From the NCBI GenBank assembly GCA_964106645.2, contig OZ067038.1: a stretch of DNA of 64,000 nt; one strand, given 5' to 3'. The translations under genes and the position numbers were made by a program. Shown one piece after another: positions 41,260 to 55,936 of the stretch (the stretch's first letter is position 1; every line of letters begins with the position of its first letter). The notes below the pieces were generated by a model. The model searched no databases. It was given only the letters and a program-made list of their open reading frames with translations, and had not been told where the DNA came from. This DNA comes from Podarcis pityusensis. Its lineage: Eukaryota.

Positions 41260-44200
41260 ATCTAAGGCTTCCACACTTTTATACTAGCACACACACACAC
41301 AAATCTATCATTTTGATCTCAGAGTAAAATTCTTTGTTCAGAAACCAGGAAGAAGAGGTGTGGCTGGTGTGACTTTTTATGTCATTGTTGAACAAATTCA
41401 TTACTTAGTATTTCCAATCTATTAGCTCAATTTAGAGCTGGAAATAGATAAGTTTGTTTTGCCTTGCTACAAAGCAATAATGTGATTTTCTTAGGTTGGA
41501 GAAAAATCTGACAGCACAAGACTGAAAACATACTATAAATATAAAATGCTATAGAAAACTTCAAATGCTACTGTGGCAGCTCCTTTTTCTCATACAATAG
41601 TTTTTTGCACAACTGCTGTTTAATTCTCATATAAAACAGTTTACCTTCTCATGGGAATGTATTTTTCTATCTTGCCTACCTATAATATGTGAAGTGTTAT
41701 GCATAAACTCTTGCTGCTGCATCAATATCACCCAAAGCAACTTGCAGCTCCAGCAGCAAACAAATGCTACCCATAAAAATCTATACATTTATGCAATGTT
41801 ATGCTATGTTAACATCATTTGTTGTTTTCACAGGTATAAATATAACTTCAGTGTGACCTTGTCAGTTTCCAGTGAGAATGATCAACTGCTAATCTGTGAA
41901 GTTCATACCAACCCTTTCACAAGTGCACATTAAAAATATAAAAGCTATGATCTAGGTTATTTTCAAAAGGAGTTAACAGATGACTGGTATTAAGATTAAA
42001 TAGTTACCTGAATTATTGCTCAAGTTCCTGTAGTCTAGTCCTACAGGCACAGAATAAGCCACTCCTTTATCACTTTTTGGCCCAAAAAGAATGCAAACCT
42101 GGCTACAGACCTAATTAAAGGCTGAACTGTACAACTGTACAGGCCTTAAATTCAGAAACTAGTAGCCCTTTTTTATAAAAAAAAACCCCTCAGTAATCAA
42201 ATGCTCAAGAGGATTGAATCTGTGTGTGCCTGAGTGTGCATAAATCTGCAAAGCTAGAGGAGCAGTCAAGAGACATTTCCTGGGAAACCATTGAATAGAG
42301 GGCAGCAGGTGAGAGGATTTGTAGTTCTCCTACCCAACACTCACCAATAAAAGAGATGGATAAAGAAACACTCTGAGTTTCTATTCAATAATCATGACTC
42401 ACAGCTTTTAATAGAATTGTCCTCCATTAATATACCAAATCCTTTCTCCCCTTTCATTTCTTCAAAGCTAGTAATTACCATCATATCTTGTCATTTCATA
42501 CGTTAATTATTAACTCTTAAGTGGTATATGCGATGTAAGTTTGTGATCAACACTAATTTGACTTCTCTGGATGTCCCCAAGTTTTAGTACAAATGAAGAA
42601 ATTGCTTGTCTGCTCTCCCCCAATACAGTAGTAAGTTTTCTGTATTTAAGCTGCAATCCTATATACACTTACAGTTGCCTGAAATTAAGTCCCCTCAAAC
42701 TCAGTGAGACTTACTTCCGAGTATACATACCTAGGACTGCCCTGTGAAGCTTTAAAACTTTTAAACATTTATTTAAAACTGCAATCCTACGTGCACTCAT
42801 AAAGAGTTTCTAATTAGGTTATGGTTGGGCTTATACCCAAATAAGTGGATACAGGAATTTAACCAAACTCTTGACAATTTTAGTTTTCATACCCTTTTTC
42901 AGATTATGCTTTTGTTTAATATATTATGACCAAAATAATACACAGCAGCATTATACAAATATGTGGCGCGGTTGAACATACAAAAGCATTTTGCGTTTTT
43001 TCACTCCCAAGAGAAGCTGCATATGCAGGAAAAACCCCCTGATATGAACAAAAATAATCTGACATTCAATTCAAGAAATGAAAATCCTTCCTTCCCTCCT
43101 TCCTTCCACCAGGGTTGGCATGAATCATTTTGCTACAGGAGGAGATGGCATTCTCCCACTTCCATCTGGACTGGAACTAAGTTTCAGCTGCAAAACCGGC
43201 AATGTGATAATGTCCACACTGCTCTACAGAATAGTAGGCTAGCTCAAGGGACTTAACCCTGTTATTTAACCCTGCCTAATGATACAGCTACCCCTCCATT
43301 CCTGCATTGTGAAGGGAAATCACAGTACTATACCCAGAAATAGTGAGCAAGCCTTTTGAGTTCTCCAGATCTCTTTTCAAGATGGATGTTAAGCAACAAC
43401 AAGAAGAAGAAAAAGTGGAGGGGAGGATGAGTGAAAAAGCTGGGTGTGTTGGAACCCAGAAGTCTGTAGACTGTAACCGTCTTGAAATGCTGCTTAAAAA
43501 CAACTAGTGTTGAAATATACTGATGAATGTTAATCCAATCCACATTTTAATGTTTTATCTTCCTTTTTAAAACATACCTTTCTAAAAAGATCCACGATAC
43601 AGCTAGTGGCAGTGTTTGAAAAAGACTAACATCTTATTTCCAGTTATTGACACATGCCTCCTGCAGGCACAGATTTAAATTACTATAAAGTATTCCAGAT
43701 TTTACCTAAATCCAGCTATGCTGATTTATCATACACTTGTATCAAGGCATAGACAAATTATTATTGTTTCCAGCTGGAGTAAAACTTGTAGATTACACAG
43801 CTATGGTTGTACATCTTCCTCAGCATCAAACCATACAGGTCGAAAACTAAGCTTCTGGCGTAGGATTCACTATGCCCATGACAACCTGTTCATAAAGCAC
43901 AGATGGCAATATCATACCCTAAATTATATTTCCTGCAAAAGGTACCTCTTGGATGACAGTTAAACAGATTAATTACAAGGAAAGGTCAGGTGTTTATGCA
44001 CCTTGTGCTACATAATTATTTATACTTGCATAAAATATTTTACCAAGAGGACAAAAGATCTGAATGATGTAGTTGTGTTGATACATAGCTGGTACAACTT
44101 GTTTTCCTTGGAAAACAAAGTACAAGAAGTTTTGGTGTGCATTTTTAAAAGAAGCCAGGGCATTTTTAACTGCCATTCCTACATCAGTGAACCAAGGTAT

Positions 44201-47200
44201 GTCCGCTACAACTACTTTCTGTTACTAAGTGCTCTGGAAGTCATTCAGTGGTTTATTATAACAATTATCATTTATATATTCCTTTTCACTGCTCAATGAG
44301 TTTCACACACTCAATAATCCTCAAAACGACCTTTTAAAGACAGGCTGGTATTACTGCCTATATCAAAGCTGGAGGACTGGCAGATGAACATTTATACGGT
44401 CCTTTACAACTTCCTTTGGTAGTTTATGTAACTAAAAAGCTTGGGGAAATAAAAAGGAAATCCAGGAGGACAGCAAAATCAGGGCTAGATGAGCCTCTCT
44501 GGGGAGAGCATTTCGCAACTGGTACACCATCACTGAGAAGGCTCTGCACCTAGAAGCTACCTCAATTCCAATGATAAGGATGCCCAGAGAAGGCCTTTTT
44601 CATTTTTAATGCTAGTGGGATCAAATGCATCTCAGCAGTTCTAAAGGATAAGTGACCATGGAACAGATGAGAAAATAAGAGAAGAACTCTATAAAGGCTG
44701 CGTACCTTTGAAGCACACTCAAAGCACAATATTTCAAAGAATTTTGGCCACCTCACCCTGAATTACATTTCCCAGCAACTGTTAAACTACCGTGCCCAGA
44801 ATATATACAACATCTCATTTCACATTAGATATTAGGCCTCCTACCGTGTAATCAACCTGCTTATGCCATTTATTCATTCTGTCCATAACAGTACACTATA
44901 GAGTTGTTTTCTATATTTCATAGCAGATTGCTATCCTACCATAAAACTGCACTATTGAAAAAAATTTTTTGTCTTTTTTCACTAAAAATACATTCATTAG
45001 TCATGCTCTATTATGTTTTGAAATATCAAGACTTGTTAATTAAAATGATAAGTTTGTGTTGCATACCTAACACCCCACACATCAAACCCATAGAACAGGC
45101 TCCTTTGGGTATTATTAGTTCCACACAGCTGGAAATGATAGTCTGATAAATGTTGGCTGCCACAGTAAATCACATAACAGTAAGGTCTGTCATGTCAGGA
45201 AGCAAGCATTAATTAGTAAGGGCTGATTTAACTCAAAGGATTAACATCCTCAATCATACAGTGAGCCTTTCTTCCACACCACCTCTTAGCCACTCCTTGC
45301 GATCTGATAAAGAGTTTGAGGTCAACTTAAAACATTCAGCTCATAGTATCTTGCTGATATTGGGTGGAGTTTTTGCTAAGGTAACAAACATCCTGCTACT
45401 CAGTCAATGAGAGTTTTTGTCTATTGTTCCAAAGAATCGGGAACTGGTCTTTTAAGGCCTAGTAAAACAATATTGCTCTAAAATCATGTTGTATTTAGCT
45501 CTGAAGAGATCTTTACCCTCATTAATAACATTACAAAGCATTTCAAATACCACGATTCACAAAACCATGAGGTGGAATCCAACTGTGCCTTTCTAATAGC
45601 AAAATGGTTATTAATCCAACAAACACCTCAGCTAGCCAAACAGGGTACATGATTTTTAACCAACTCCACCTCTCTCCTGTTGGAAGTAAAGCTGCATCTG
45701 AAACGGGGGTGGGGGGTGGGGTGAAGGTTTTTATTCTTTTTTCACCCTCCTCCTTCAATTAGTGTTAGAGACTTTCCTTCTGTTAAGGACTCCATGATCG
45801 CAACATGTAACCTTGTCCTCAGAATGGCTTTGATTATTACTAGGAATAATAAATCTTAAACATCTTTCTTCTTTCAACCAGCAGTCTTACTAGACTATTT
45901 ATTCCTGTACTCTACTGTGACATACATGCCCAACTCCAACATCTCTTGCAGCCTTTTTACATTTTCCAAAAATATATTCAAGAGTTCAGGAACATTCAAG
46001 AACAGCAATGAAGGGTAGGTAGTACAGAGGGCTGAGGAAGGGGTAAATCTGGGAACAAGCAATGCCATCAGTACTGCTGGCATGGTCCTCAGAACAATGA
46101 CTTGTGGGCAAAATCACTCAGTGAGCTGCCACCACTTTGCCACAATAATGGCAAAATACAGTTTAAAAGTGAAGGGCATTTTACACTAATTTGCCACCTC
46201 CATTGCTGGTTGCAACAGTGCTCTTGCAGTAAGTGGGTGAGCAACAGAGGGAGGGAGAGCAGCAGGAGTGGGTGGGTGAGTGAAGAGAAAGGAGAAGCAG
46301 GTCTGTTGAATGGCCATTGAGTTGTAATTGGTTGGTGACTGGATATGCAGGGAGATAGCAGAGACATAATCTGTCATCTCACCCAATCTGCTGTCTCAGC
46401 CATATGGTTTAATGCAGCTCGTTACTGGGCTCAGCCTTATTGATAGGTCACTCTACGTAACTAGTACCCAGTAATTAGGGAAAGATTCTACCAGGCTCCA
46501 ACTCAAACACATGCATTTGGAAGCTAAATTGTAGATCATGTTTAGGGTATTCTGCTTTTCCAATGGAAAAGAAGTATTTATTGCGACCGACTATATCTAA
46601 GTGTGCAAAATTCATACTCCTATAAATATTCTTAAAATCGCTGATTATGATGCACAGGTGTCAATCCCACTGAGATTTGTTTTGGGGTATTACTGTCATT
46701 TTTTATGAAATTATAAGACTGCTCCATCTGGTCTTTAATGAAACACCTGGAGCTACACGTAGAAAGCTCCTCTCTCCATACTCAGCTGGCTGCTACTTTA
46801 ACCTGGTACTGAGAAGCATGTAAATTACAGTGTGAGTCATTTTTGAACTTAATTACAAATTGCATACATACACCATAAGCTACACTAAACCCACTAAAAG
46901 CTACACTCTGGTTTATGGTAAACCAAAATATGATGTTCATTAAACTGTTCTCTACATGTGCAGAAAGATTAGAACAGGTAAGTAGAATTCATTCTAACTG
47001 GACTTATAAGATTCACCAGCCAAGTTTTACTGATGAAAAGTGAATGATCAATGGTATATGGTTATTTTCATGCAAGTATTTGTTGACTTTGAAATCCTTT
47101 TGAGATCTTTTACTTAACACCAGAACTACACTTTAGTTAGAATATCTATGTGTGAATTGGAGTATCATGCTAGAAAATCTAATCGGCACAGGTATCATAG

Positions 47201-49052
47201 GATCCAACACTTTGGTTCCCCAAAAAAATATTTGAGCAGGCCAGGCCATTTTGGAAAATTGTTTCTTTGTTCCATTTTGGAAAGTTGGTTCTTTGTTCAC
47301 TATGCATTTGGACACCTCTTAAGATATTGTGACCAGATTCTGCATGATAGTTCCCGAGATCAAGGTGCAGGTCTTCATCTATGTTTTGATACGGGTGGAC
47401 ACCAATTTGAATCAAGATGACAGAATAAACCTTTCAAACTGCAGTGTTTTCATTTATTGGAATCCCTTGGCAATTCCAGGTACAATGCTGGTAGTTATTA
47501 ATGAAAAACCTATTCCATTTAAATATATTTCATATTTTTAAAATAATAAGATCTTAAAAAGTGAATGTTCTGTAATTTCCCCAAGTATTTGGCATAATTC
47601 ACATATTTTTGTCCTTAATTTGAAATCCACTGCAAAAATTGAATAGCCATGACATATATCCTTAACTATAATCCTAATTTTGAATTAGCATAAACATGAA
47701 CTATCACCAGCTACCAGAACTTCAGAAAGGCTGAACTTGCTGATGACATAAAAACAAAAAGACTCAAAAGTCAAAGGGCACATCTCTTCTACCTTTTTCT
47801 CCAGGACTTCACAAAGTTAAATGCATATTGCAGCCAGACATCCTCCCCCAATCATTCCAACCCACTTTTCCTCAGAAATTCAACAAGGATGGAATTACAT
47901 GTTTGCACTGGAACTTGCTGCTCTTTAGCCTTCAACATTAGTGCTCCCTCAGGCAAGGAGAGCACTCTCAGTGCCTCAGACCCACCGCCTGCAATAACCA
48001 CCTGTTTCATAGTTCTGAGCACTACCCTGGCTCAGGTGTAAATATTGCAATATGTTTAACATGGAGGAGGGAGAATCGAGAAAGTGTAAACAAGCATTAG
48101 CATTCCCTGGTTGTATATTTTTAGGATAATATCTATGTTACATGTGAACCTCCAGATTCTTGGATTCTGTTAACAAACCTCTTGAATGTTGAGCTCCAGA
48201 AGCACATTCAAGGTGTCAGAATTTTAAGATGACTTAAGGAATGCTATTGTCTTAGAAATCACTATTATGACTAATTTGAGGACCAAAAAGAAATGTACCA
48301 AATGTACCGAAAAGAAACACACAAAACATGTTCTCAGTGCACCCCAAACTGTATATTCTCTTCTGATCATGAATGATAGGCACTCATTCGGTGCATGCAG
48401 CTGCCATAATCTGTAGACCCATAAATCTACAACAGTATTATTTCTGCTGACAACAGCAAAGGAAACTCCATGGAGGGGACAAATCTTCATAGCAACAATG
48501 GGGAACAGTACTTGTTAGTCTATCTTGCTGCACTACAGCTGTTTCTAAAGGAGTTTCTACATTAAATTAGGCATCTAGTAACTATTCAGGTAGCTGAGAA
48601 TATATCACCTAAATCTGATTCTTGACATCTGCACTGTCACCAGACATCTCCGCCTCCATAGTTCAGAGAATGACATGCCCTTAACTAGATTAACCAACAG
48701 GTTTTCAAGTTGAACAAGGAAATAATCCTGCTTTTTGAATTCTACTTGGCTCCAATCATCCCTCATTATCCTTGGTTTGTCCAGAATATCTAATGAATTT
48801 TTCTTCGTTGCAACCTGGCAATGCTAAACAGGAAAATGGTTCTAGCCAGACCTGAAATAAAGATTGGAGAATCTACTACAGATACATTTAAGACTGTATT
48901 TTTCTGCTTTCTCATTAAACTATAATGAGAAAAAAATCATTCCAGAATCTTTTTTTAATAACTTCATCAATATATCTGAATATCTCATGCACCCTACTCT
49001 TGTGTTAAAGCAAAAGTTTGCTTAAGAGCAGAAGGGAAATTATGAAGACTGA

Positions 49053-49261
49053 GGGCTCTTCCAGACTTGTGCTTGTCCCATGCCTAGAAAGCATGTATCC
49101 AAGCATTTTTCCACTTGCCCCAGTGCTTTCCCCCAGAAAACCTGCTCTTTAGCGATAAATTGGCACAAACATCAACCCAGAGAAAACTCAATTGACACTT
49201 GTTCCGATTCGGCAATAAAGATTGGGTTTCTTCTGAGGAAAGGGCAAATCTGGATGAGCCC
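49053..49261. mobile_element. PIF/Harbinger-like MITE
   Basis: TIRs GGGCTCTTCCAGA/TCTGGATGAGCCC; 3-bp TSD TGA. Confidence 0.65.
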
Positions 49262-52200
49262 TGAATAACAGCATGTAAAAATAAACTGAGGTTTCAGAAT
49301 ATATCTTAAAAGAAATGAAAATGTAGGAAGACAGAAAGAAAGCAGTAACAGCCTGACAGCCAACGAAAGTGTTGGCTAGCTGGTCTGCATTCTCAAGAGA
49401 AGGGGGGTAGAAATCACTGGACTTCAATGCTAACACTTTGCCACTGTGAATAAGCAGAACAGGAAGAAGCTAGAAAACAGAGTGCCATAAATAGCAGGTG
49501 TTTGGAAATGATTCTTAGAGTCAATCTAGCTATCCCAAATGACAAGCAGAAGTCAATCATATAACACAGGAAGCAATCACCAAGCTGTCTGGCAAGCATC
49601 TCAGCTTGAAAGATTGGCCAAACATGGGAACAGCTGACAAATGAAAGGAAATATGAAATATGGAGAAAATGCAGCATTATAGTAATGAACCATCAAACAA
49701 CTGAATCATGCATAAAATTAAATCACTCCAACTTTATCCAGGCTATACTTGATATATTGAATTACACTGTAACACATTTTTATATTAGCTAATTACATAT
49801 CAGCCAACATATACTTCTTTACATTGAAGGTATGTATTGTGTCTGTATTGAATCTTTTGTAAACCTAAGGTATGGGAACTTCGTTGAAAGTTACATTAAG
49901 ACAAACTGAAAATCAATCAAGCATTCTTAGAGAAATGCTTATATTGATTAGAAAGCTATATAGACATTTAGCAAACGTATAAAATTTGAATATTCTGTTC
50001 ACTTTATACTGTTACATAGCATTCTGCTGCAATCAGATAAGTAAAACAAGTATTTAACAGGCAGAATATAGATCTGAGGGTCAAAAGATTAGACGATGTG
50101 TGATTGAATCCCCAGTTTGTTGCTATTATCATTTTAATAAGAATAATCGGGGCGGGGGGGAGATGTAATCTGATCAAGACTAGAACAGGGGTGAGCAACA
50201 CCTCCCCCCCAATTTTGTCTCCTTACCTATCATGGATCCCACCAAAGACCTACATGCCTTATTAGTGGGGAAAACATGTGTCTGTATATTCTCTTTAATG
50301 GTGCATACAGCAGCTTTGGAGATAAATTAGATCACAAACATGGTACCAGTGCCCACTGCCACAGCCCCACTGATCAAATTTGGAAACCCTTGCAACTACT
50401 CCAAAAAGAAATAAAGCAAGCAGGCTATCCTGTCACAGATGTCCAACTTACGTATTATCTAGCTTGGGCCCTTTGATTCTATACCATTTAAATCAGCAGT
50501 GAACATGTTCCTTTCTTGCTATGTACCTAATAAATCTATTTTACTATATTAAAATGCCTATGGGTTTAAAACCTATATGATACTCAGGTTGCAATCCTAT
50601 GTGAATTTTCTTTTGACCAAGTCCCATTGGAGTTCACTTCTGAGTAGACATGCATAAAACAGAAATGCTGGATGCTATGTTGTGTTCATGCTACTTGCAA
50701 GTTGATATATCTTGGGTTCCAGTATTAAAAAACACAGGTGTCTCTAAAGGGCACTTTATTTTTTTCTAGGCAATTACTATTATTACTAGGATGTTTTTTA
50801 AATATTAAGGGAGGTGGCTGTAGATGCAAAGATATGACATCAATTAAAAAACTGTTTGGTCTCCCACATGATACTTCAGTGCTTGATACAATGGGTGGTA
50901 TTAAGGCAGTTTTTATTCAGAGTAGACCAACTGAATGAATGAACATGACTAAGTTTAGCCCATTAATTTCAGTAGGTCTACTCTAAAACATAGTTGAATA
51001 CCAGCCAATGTGCCCCTCCATCTTTAATGTAGGTTCCTATGTCCTAAGAGGTTTAATAGCAATAACCTGATACTTGGGAAATTGCTTTAACTTGACTAAT
51101 TCATGCATCCCAGCATTGTATACTCTGAATTAAGCCCCACTGGTTTAAAGAGGACAAAGCAAAGTGTGCAACACACTCTTTTTCAACAGCATAATATTTC
51201 AACCAACTGCACCACTCGCTATAGTTGGCATATTTATAGAATCAAAGTTCCATCGAAAACCTCCAGTATGTGCCCTCCCCTTTCAAAATCATAGAAAAAT
51301 TCTTAAAAGCCACAACCCATTTTGTCTCCCTAAATACTACCTTGTGCCCTAATTGTATGCCAAGGTATCATTAACGTTGTTTGAGGACAATATAATTGTT
51401 GCTGTTCTGATTCCAAGGCAGTAAAATCATACCAATGAAACAGGACAATTCTCTTGTCTATGATTTATTTCTTTTGTAGTAGAGGAAACCCTGCTTTCAC
51501 GTTTTCTTTTCTTCTTTCTTTTTAAATATTGACGCATGGTGTGTGTGTGTGTTTGCCATACAAATTACTCCTAGTAATATATGCTGAGTATTGCAGAGCC
51601 CATTTGGCCAGATTCTAATAGCTCCCCTTGGGAGCTGACACTAGCTTTCAGCCGTAGCCCATCACTGCAGATTAGCACAAGAACATGTGCTGCAACGGCA
51701 TCCAGTTTTGCTTCTCTCACACCAAGAGATGATATTCTGAGAATCCACAAGCAAGTCCTGTGTGTTTCTGAGAACTGGAGTACTATTTTTATGATGAACA
51801 ATATTAAACCAAACAAAAGCCAACTAACTTTTCTGTTAAGCTACTGCAAAATCTTGTACTTCGCGTCACAAGATGTCTCTACAGAGTTAAATAAAGTACA
51901 TTTTGCATAATTCATAGGTTAGCACAACCTGCTACTAAGTGTGTAACATTTAAACTATGCTGAGCTAGCATCTTTCAATTTAAATGAAGCAAGCAGCCTT
52001 TAATTTCATGTGATTTTTAAAGTAATATTTGCTTTAGATAGATGCTTTCTAGAATATTTACTTAAAGAGCCTAAAGCAGAAAAGCCAGATCCACATGGGC
52101 ATCATTAAATGTACCCCAAGGAGCATATAATCTTATCAGAATGGTGGAGATTGTACTCCAAACATTAATTATGTATTATTAGCCACAGGAAAATAAATAT

Positions 52201-52602
52201 TACATGTTTTGTGTGTAATTTTTCTGCCTTTGCTCTGTATTTTTTTTTTAAATGGCATCCAAGAAAGATACAGGCTTGTTTAAACTTAATTCAATTTAAA
52301 TTAAATTCACTGTATTTTTTATATTATTGAGAAAAAAGAATACATTTCCATAACAGGAAACAAAAATCTGCTCCTTCATCTGACCTTCAACAATTATGTC
52401 CTCTTCAGCAAAAAAGAAAAAGGAAAAGAAAAAAAGAATACACACAGCTGTTTTATTAATTTATAAGCACGGGGCAAGCCTTCTCTAAGTCACTTCAGTA
52501 GCAGAGCTATATAAAAGCACACAGCAGCACAGTGTATGGCTTTTTAAGCATTCAGGTAGCCAAGACAAAGGCTGAAAGATTTGAAATATGTTCAATACTC
52601 AC

Positions 52603-52722
52603 TGAAGGCAGCAACTGCCAGAGCCAGTGTGACAATAATGGAAGCCCATGAAACCCACAGTGCCTTCTTTCTGTAGCTTTGAGCTTCATGCGGTTTTAGT
52701 CTTGTGCTGCTTTCTAGTAAAC
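52603..52722 (-). CDS. TMEM163: TMEM163 coding exon 2 (120 nt)
   Basis: cccttaccag|GT TTA CTA GAA AGC...GCC TTC A|gtgagt; encodes (G)LLESSTRLKPHEAQSYRKKALWVSWASIIVTLALAVAAF. Missed by the ORF track. Confidence 0.97.
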
Positions 52723-55345
52723 CTGGTAAGGGAATGAGAAGAGGAATCAGTGTGGGCTATGTTTTATTCCCCTTTTAAAGAAAAAAAGAAATTAGGTCCA
52801 TTCAGAACCAAACCAGGAATTCCTTGTGTATTTTTCCCGTTTAGGATAAATCCTGTTCACCTTATTTATATACCATAAATAATGCTAAAGCAGGTGCATG
52901 GGTTCAGGTTTGTCTTTGTATTTCACAGGAGGTTAAAAAAAAAGAGTACCAATTGCTGCCTGGAGCAACCTGGAGCCAATCATAAAATAACCAGACATCT
53001 TTAGATTTTTGCATTCACACACTCAATTCCTGATCAAACCTTAAAGAGCATGGGGAGAGATTGCTTAAGGTGCCAGTGAAACAGATGCACAAACCAAGCA
53101 GCAGCTTGATAGAAGAGCAAAATAAAGGTGCTGATATGATGCATTTCTGAAAATCAGAGCAGGTGCAGTAGAGGTTAACATACGCCATTGTTGTGCAGCC
53201 ATCTCCCCAAGCTTGTTGGGTTTTTTTGTGTATTTCAGTTCTAAGGACTTGCTCTAGCAAAATTTAGTCAAAATAAAACAAAACAGGTGTGTTCATGTAT
53301 TAAGCTCCCCTCCCCCTTCGTCTTGTTCACTCTGTGATCTCTGGAAAGAATAGAATAAATATTTCCAGTTGGATTTTGCTAACTCTTGACAACAAATGAG
53401 CCAACTATCACAGGATCAGACTTAACAAAACCCCAATGAATTAGTGGGGTCCATACCAAAAGAGCAATAGGAGGATCTATGCCCCGCCAAAATAGAACAC
53501 ATATTTGTGGTGCAAAATTAATAACATTATAGTTAAAATAGTTAAAACCAGCTCTTGGTTGCTACTGGATTCTGAAAGATGGTACAAGTCTAAATTGTTT
53601 AAACACCACTCGAATTAAAATTTATGCATTTTACATTAAAATATTTGAATCTTACATACTATTAGAATTGGACAAATGTTTTACAATTTACTACCTCCAG
53701 GGGAAAAAGGAATGTGTCACCAGGTAAATTGTTCCCCTTAAAACATATTGTGCTTGTATGTGTGAAAAATCTTTGGGGATTGCACACAAGCATCTATCAG
53801 CCAAACACATAAAATGAAAATAGTTTCACAGGTAACGCTAGACCTTTGCAACTTATATCATGAGTGCAAATCCCATCCAGAATGTGACTTCAAATCTTCC
53901 TGTGGCACATACCTGGGTTAATTTATACACAGACAAGGCTAGAAAGCCTATATTATAATTATAAAGTCATGTTCACATTTGAAGATTACTGCATTTGATA
54001 TTTTAGTACATGTAATGAAAGATGTGATGTGTTTTATTAAATTGATATTTTTTCCCATTTGTCTGTAAAAAATAATTTGTAATTGATACAAAGAAACTCT
54101 CCTGCTGACAATACATTTATGAAGTTGGTTTTTTGCATATGCTCCTTTAATTGGTATTACACAGACTTTTTAAATTTCAGATTAACTAAAATAATTTTAA
54201 TGCATTTTCTTATTCCAAATACAGTAGTCACACACAAAGATTCTCTGAATCCTAACTAAAGTAGAGAGGGCACTCTCACAACTTTGTTTTATACTAGACA
54301 CTGAAAAAGACTAAGCTTCCCTAAAGGCTGAAGCTAAAACCTTCATACTTTGTCCATGATCCATCAAAATGCACCTAAACACCCTACAGACCTAGCATTT
54401 CAAAAAGAAAAGAATAAATTCATTGACATTTTGATTGATTAAAGCAAAAAATAAAAACTATTCCTAACATTTCCTTGGAAAGAATAATAGCTCAGACCTG
54501 TGAGTTTGTTATCAATGGAAAGGGAGGGACAAGGAATGAGCTTATGAGTTCTTTGTCTTATTTCCCCCATACATCCATTATCTTTTACTAGGTCCTTTGT
54601 TCCTTCTCACCATCATCGTCTTACATCTATAGAAGATGTTTAGTGGGAAGATGATTCCCAGGTGAATCAAGATCCCTCTATTCCTGAGCCCAAACTCTTG
54701 AATATAGACCAACTTGGCATATACTGCCCAATCCTTATAAAGCGACTAAGCCACTGCAAAAGGCCTTCAAATATCACTATTTCGTTTAGAAGAGCGGCTC
54801 CTAATTAAATAAAAATAAAAATGGAAGCACAACGACCCATCATACCCAACAGGATTGTAGCCAGAATGCTGCATGGGAATAGGATCATCCCTTTTTATAA
54901 CTCGGAAACTGAAAAAGGACTGTGGGCAGTTGCAGAGAACGAAGAGCAAAGAGCAGGCTCCAAGTCAGGCAGGGAGCTGCTTGGCTTCAGATGAAACAGA
55001 ATGCCATGGGAAGAGTGCAGAGAAAGAAAAACACACAAATCTATTGAATAGGCACGTGCTTGGCAGGTGCCTGTTAGGGAGACAATAGACTGAATGCCCC
55101 TTCTTTCTAAGAAGGGGTGTGGAATGGGTAAAATAACATGCTTTCTTTGCAGTCAATGGGGACGCCTGTCTGCATTGTAGTGAATGCATTTTAAATTGCA
55201 TTTTGAAGACTGGGTGGTTCAACACTAAAGAAAAGGCTGGTGTTTCTTTGTTTAAGGCTGTCAGTGCTCCATTTCTTTTCTAAAATAAAAAAGAATGAGT
55301 GAGCAAAGAATTTAACTGCAAGGTTGGCAAAATAGATTGTGTTAA

Positions 55346-55382
55346 GTGTGTGTGTGTGTGTGTGTGTGTGGAGAGAGAGAGA
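55346..55382. repeat. Compound (GT)12(GA)6 microsatellite
   Basis: Read directly. Confidence 0.93.
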
Positions 55383-55934
55383 AATAATTAAATATGAAAG
55401 ACAAACCAACAGCACAAGCTTAACCTTGTCTACTCTGAAGTAAGTCCTAATGAATTCAATGGGACTTACTCCCAGGCAAGCAGAGTTAAGATTTCAGTCC
55501 AACTATTAAGAAGGGTCAAGGAGGACTGAGAATGGTCATTCAGATGGCTGCTGCAGGTGATAAGACAATGGACGACAAGCAGACGAGTTGTGAGGAAAGA
55601 ACAGCTAGCGGTGGAGGAGACAGACCACAGGAGGTCCATAGATGATGTATGAGAAGCAGGAGTGGCTGAGGAAGGTGAAATACAGGAGGCAGGATTCAGC
55701 AATGGAGGATGCACGGCAAAAATGGGTCTATAGGAAGGAAAGGGCGGTAAAGGCATAAGAAGGGATGAAGTGTGGGGTCTTGGCATGATATAGCTGGTTA
55801 CAAGAGCGACGTGGCAGAATTTAGTGAGTAGCGATTTATTGGTCAGCGAGGTAAATTAGAAAGTGCTAGGACGTCCGTGAGGGAGATATAGAGGCGAGCG
55901 GGTGGGCTGCAGAGACTTGGCCGGACCCGGGATG

Positions 55935-55936
<2 letters not shown>

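Noticed and set aside
43700-46100. Possible endogenous viral element or retrogene among clustered short ORFs
   Set aside because: Listed ORFs and the frames I translated by hand show frequent stops and no recognisable motif; a BLASTX search would settle it.
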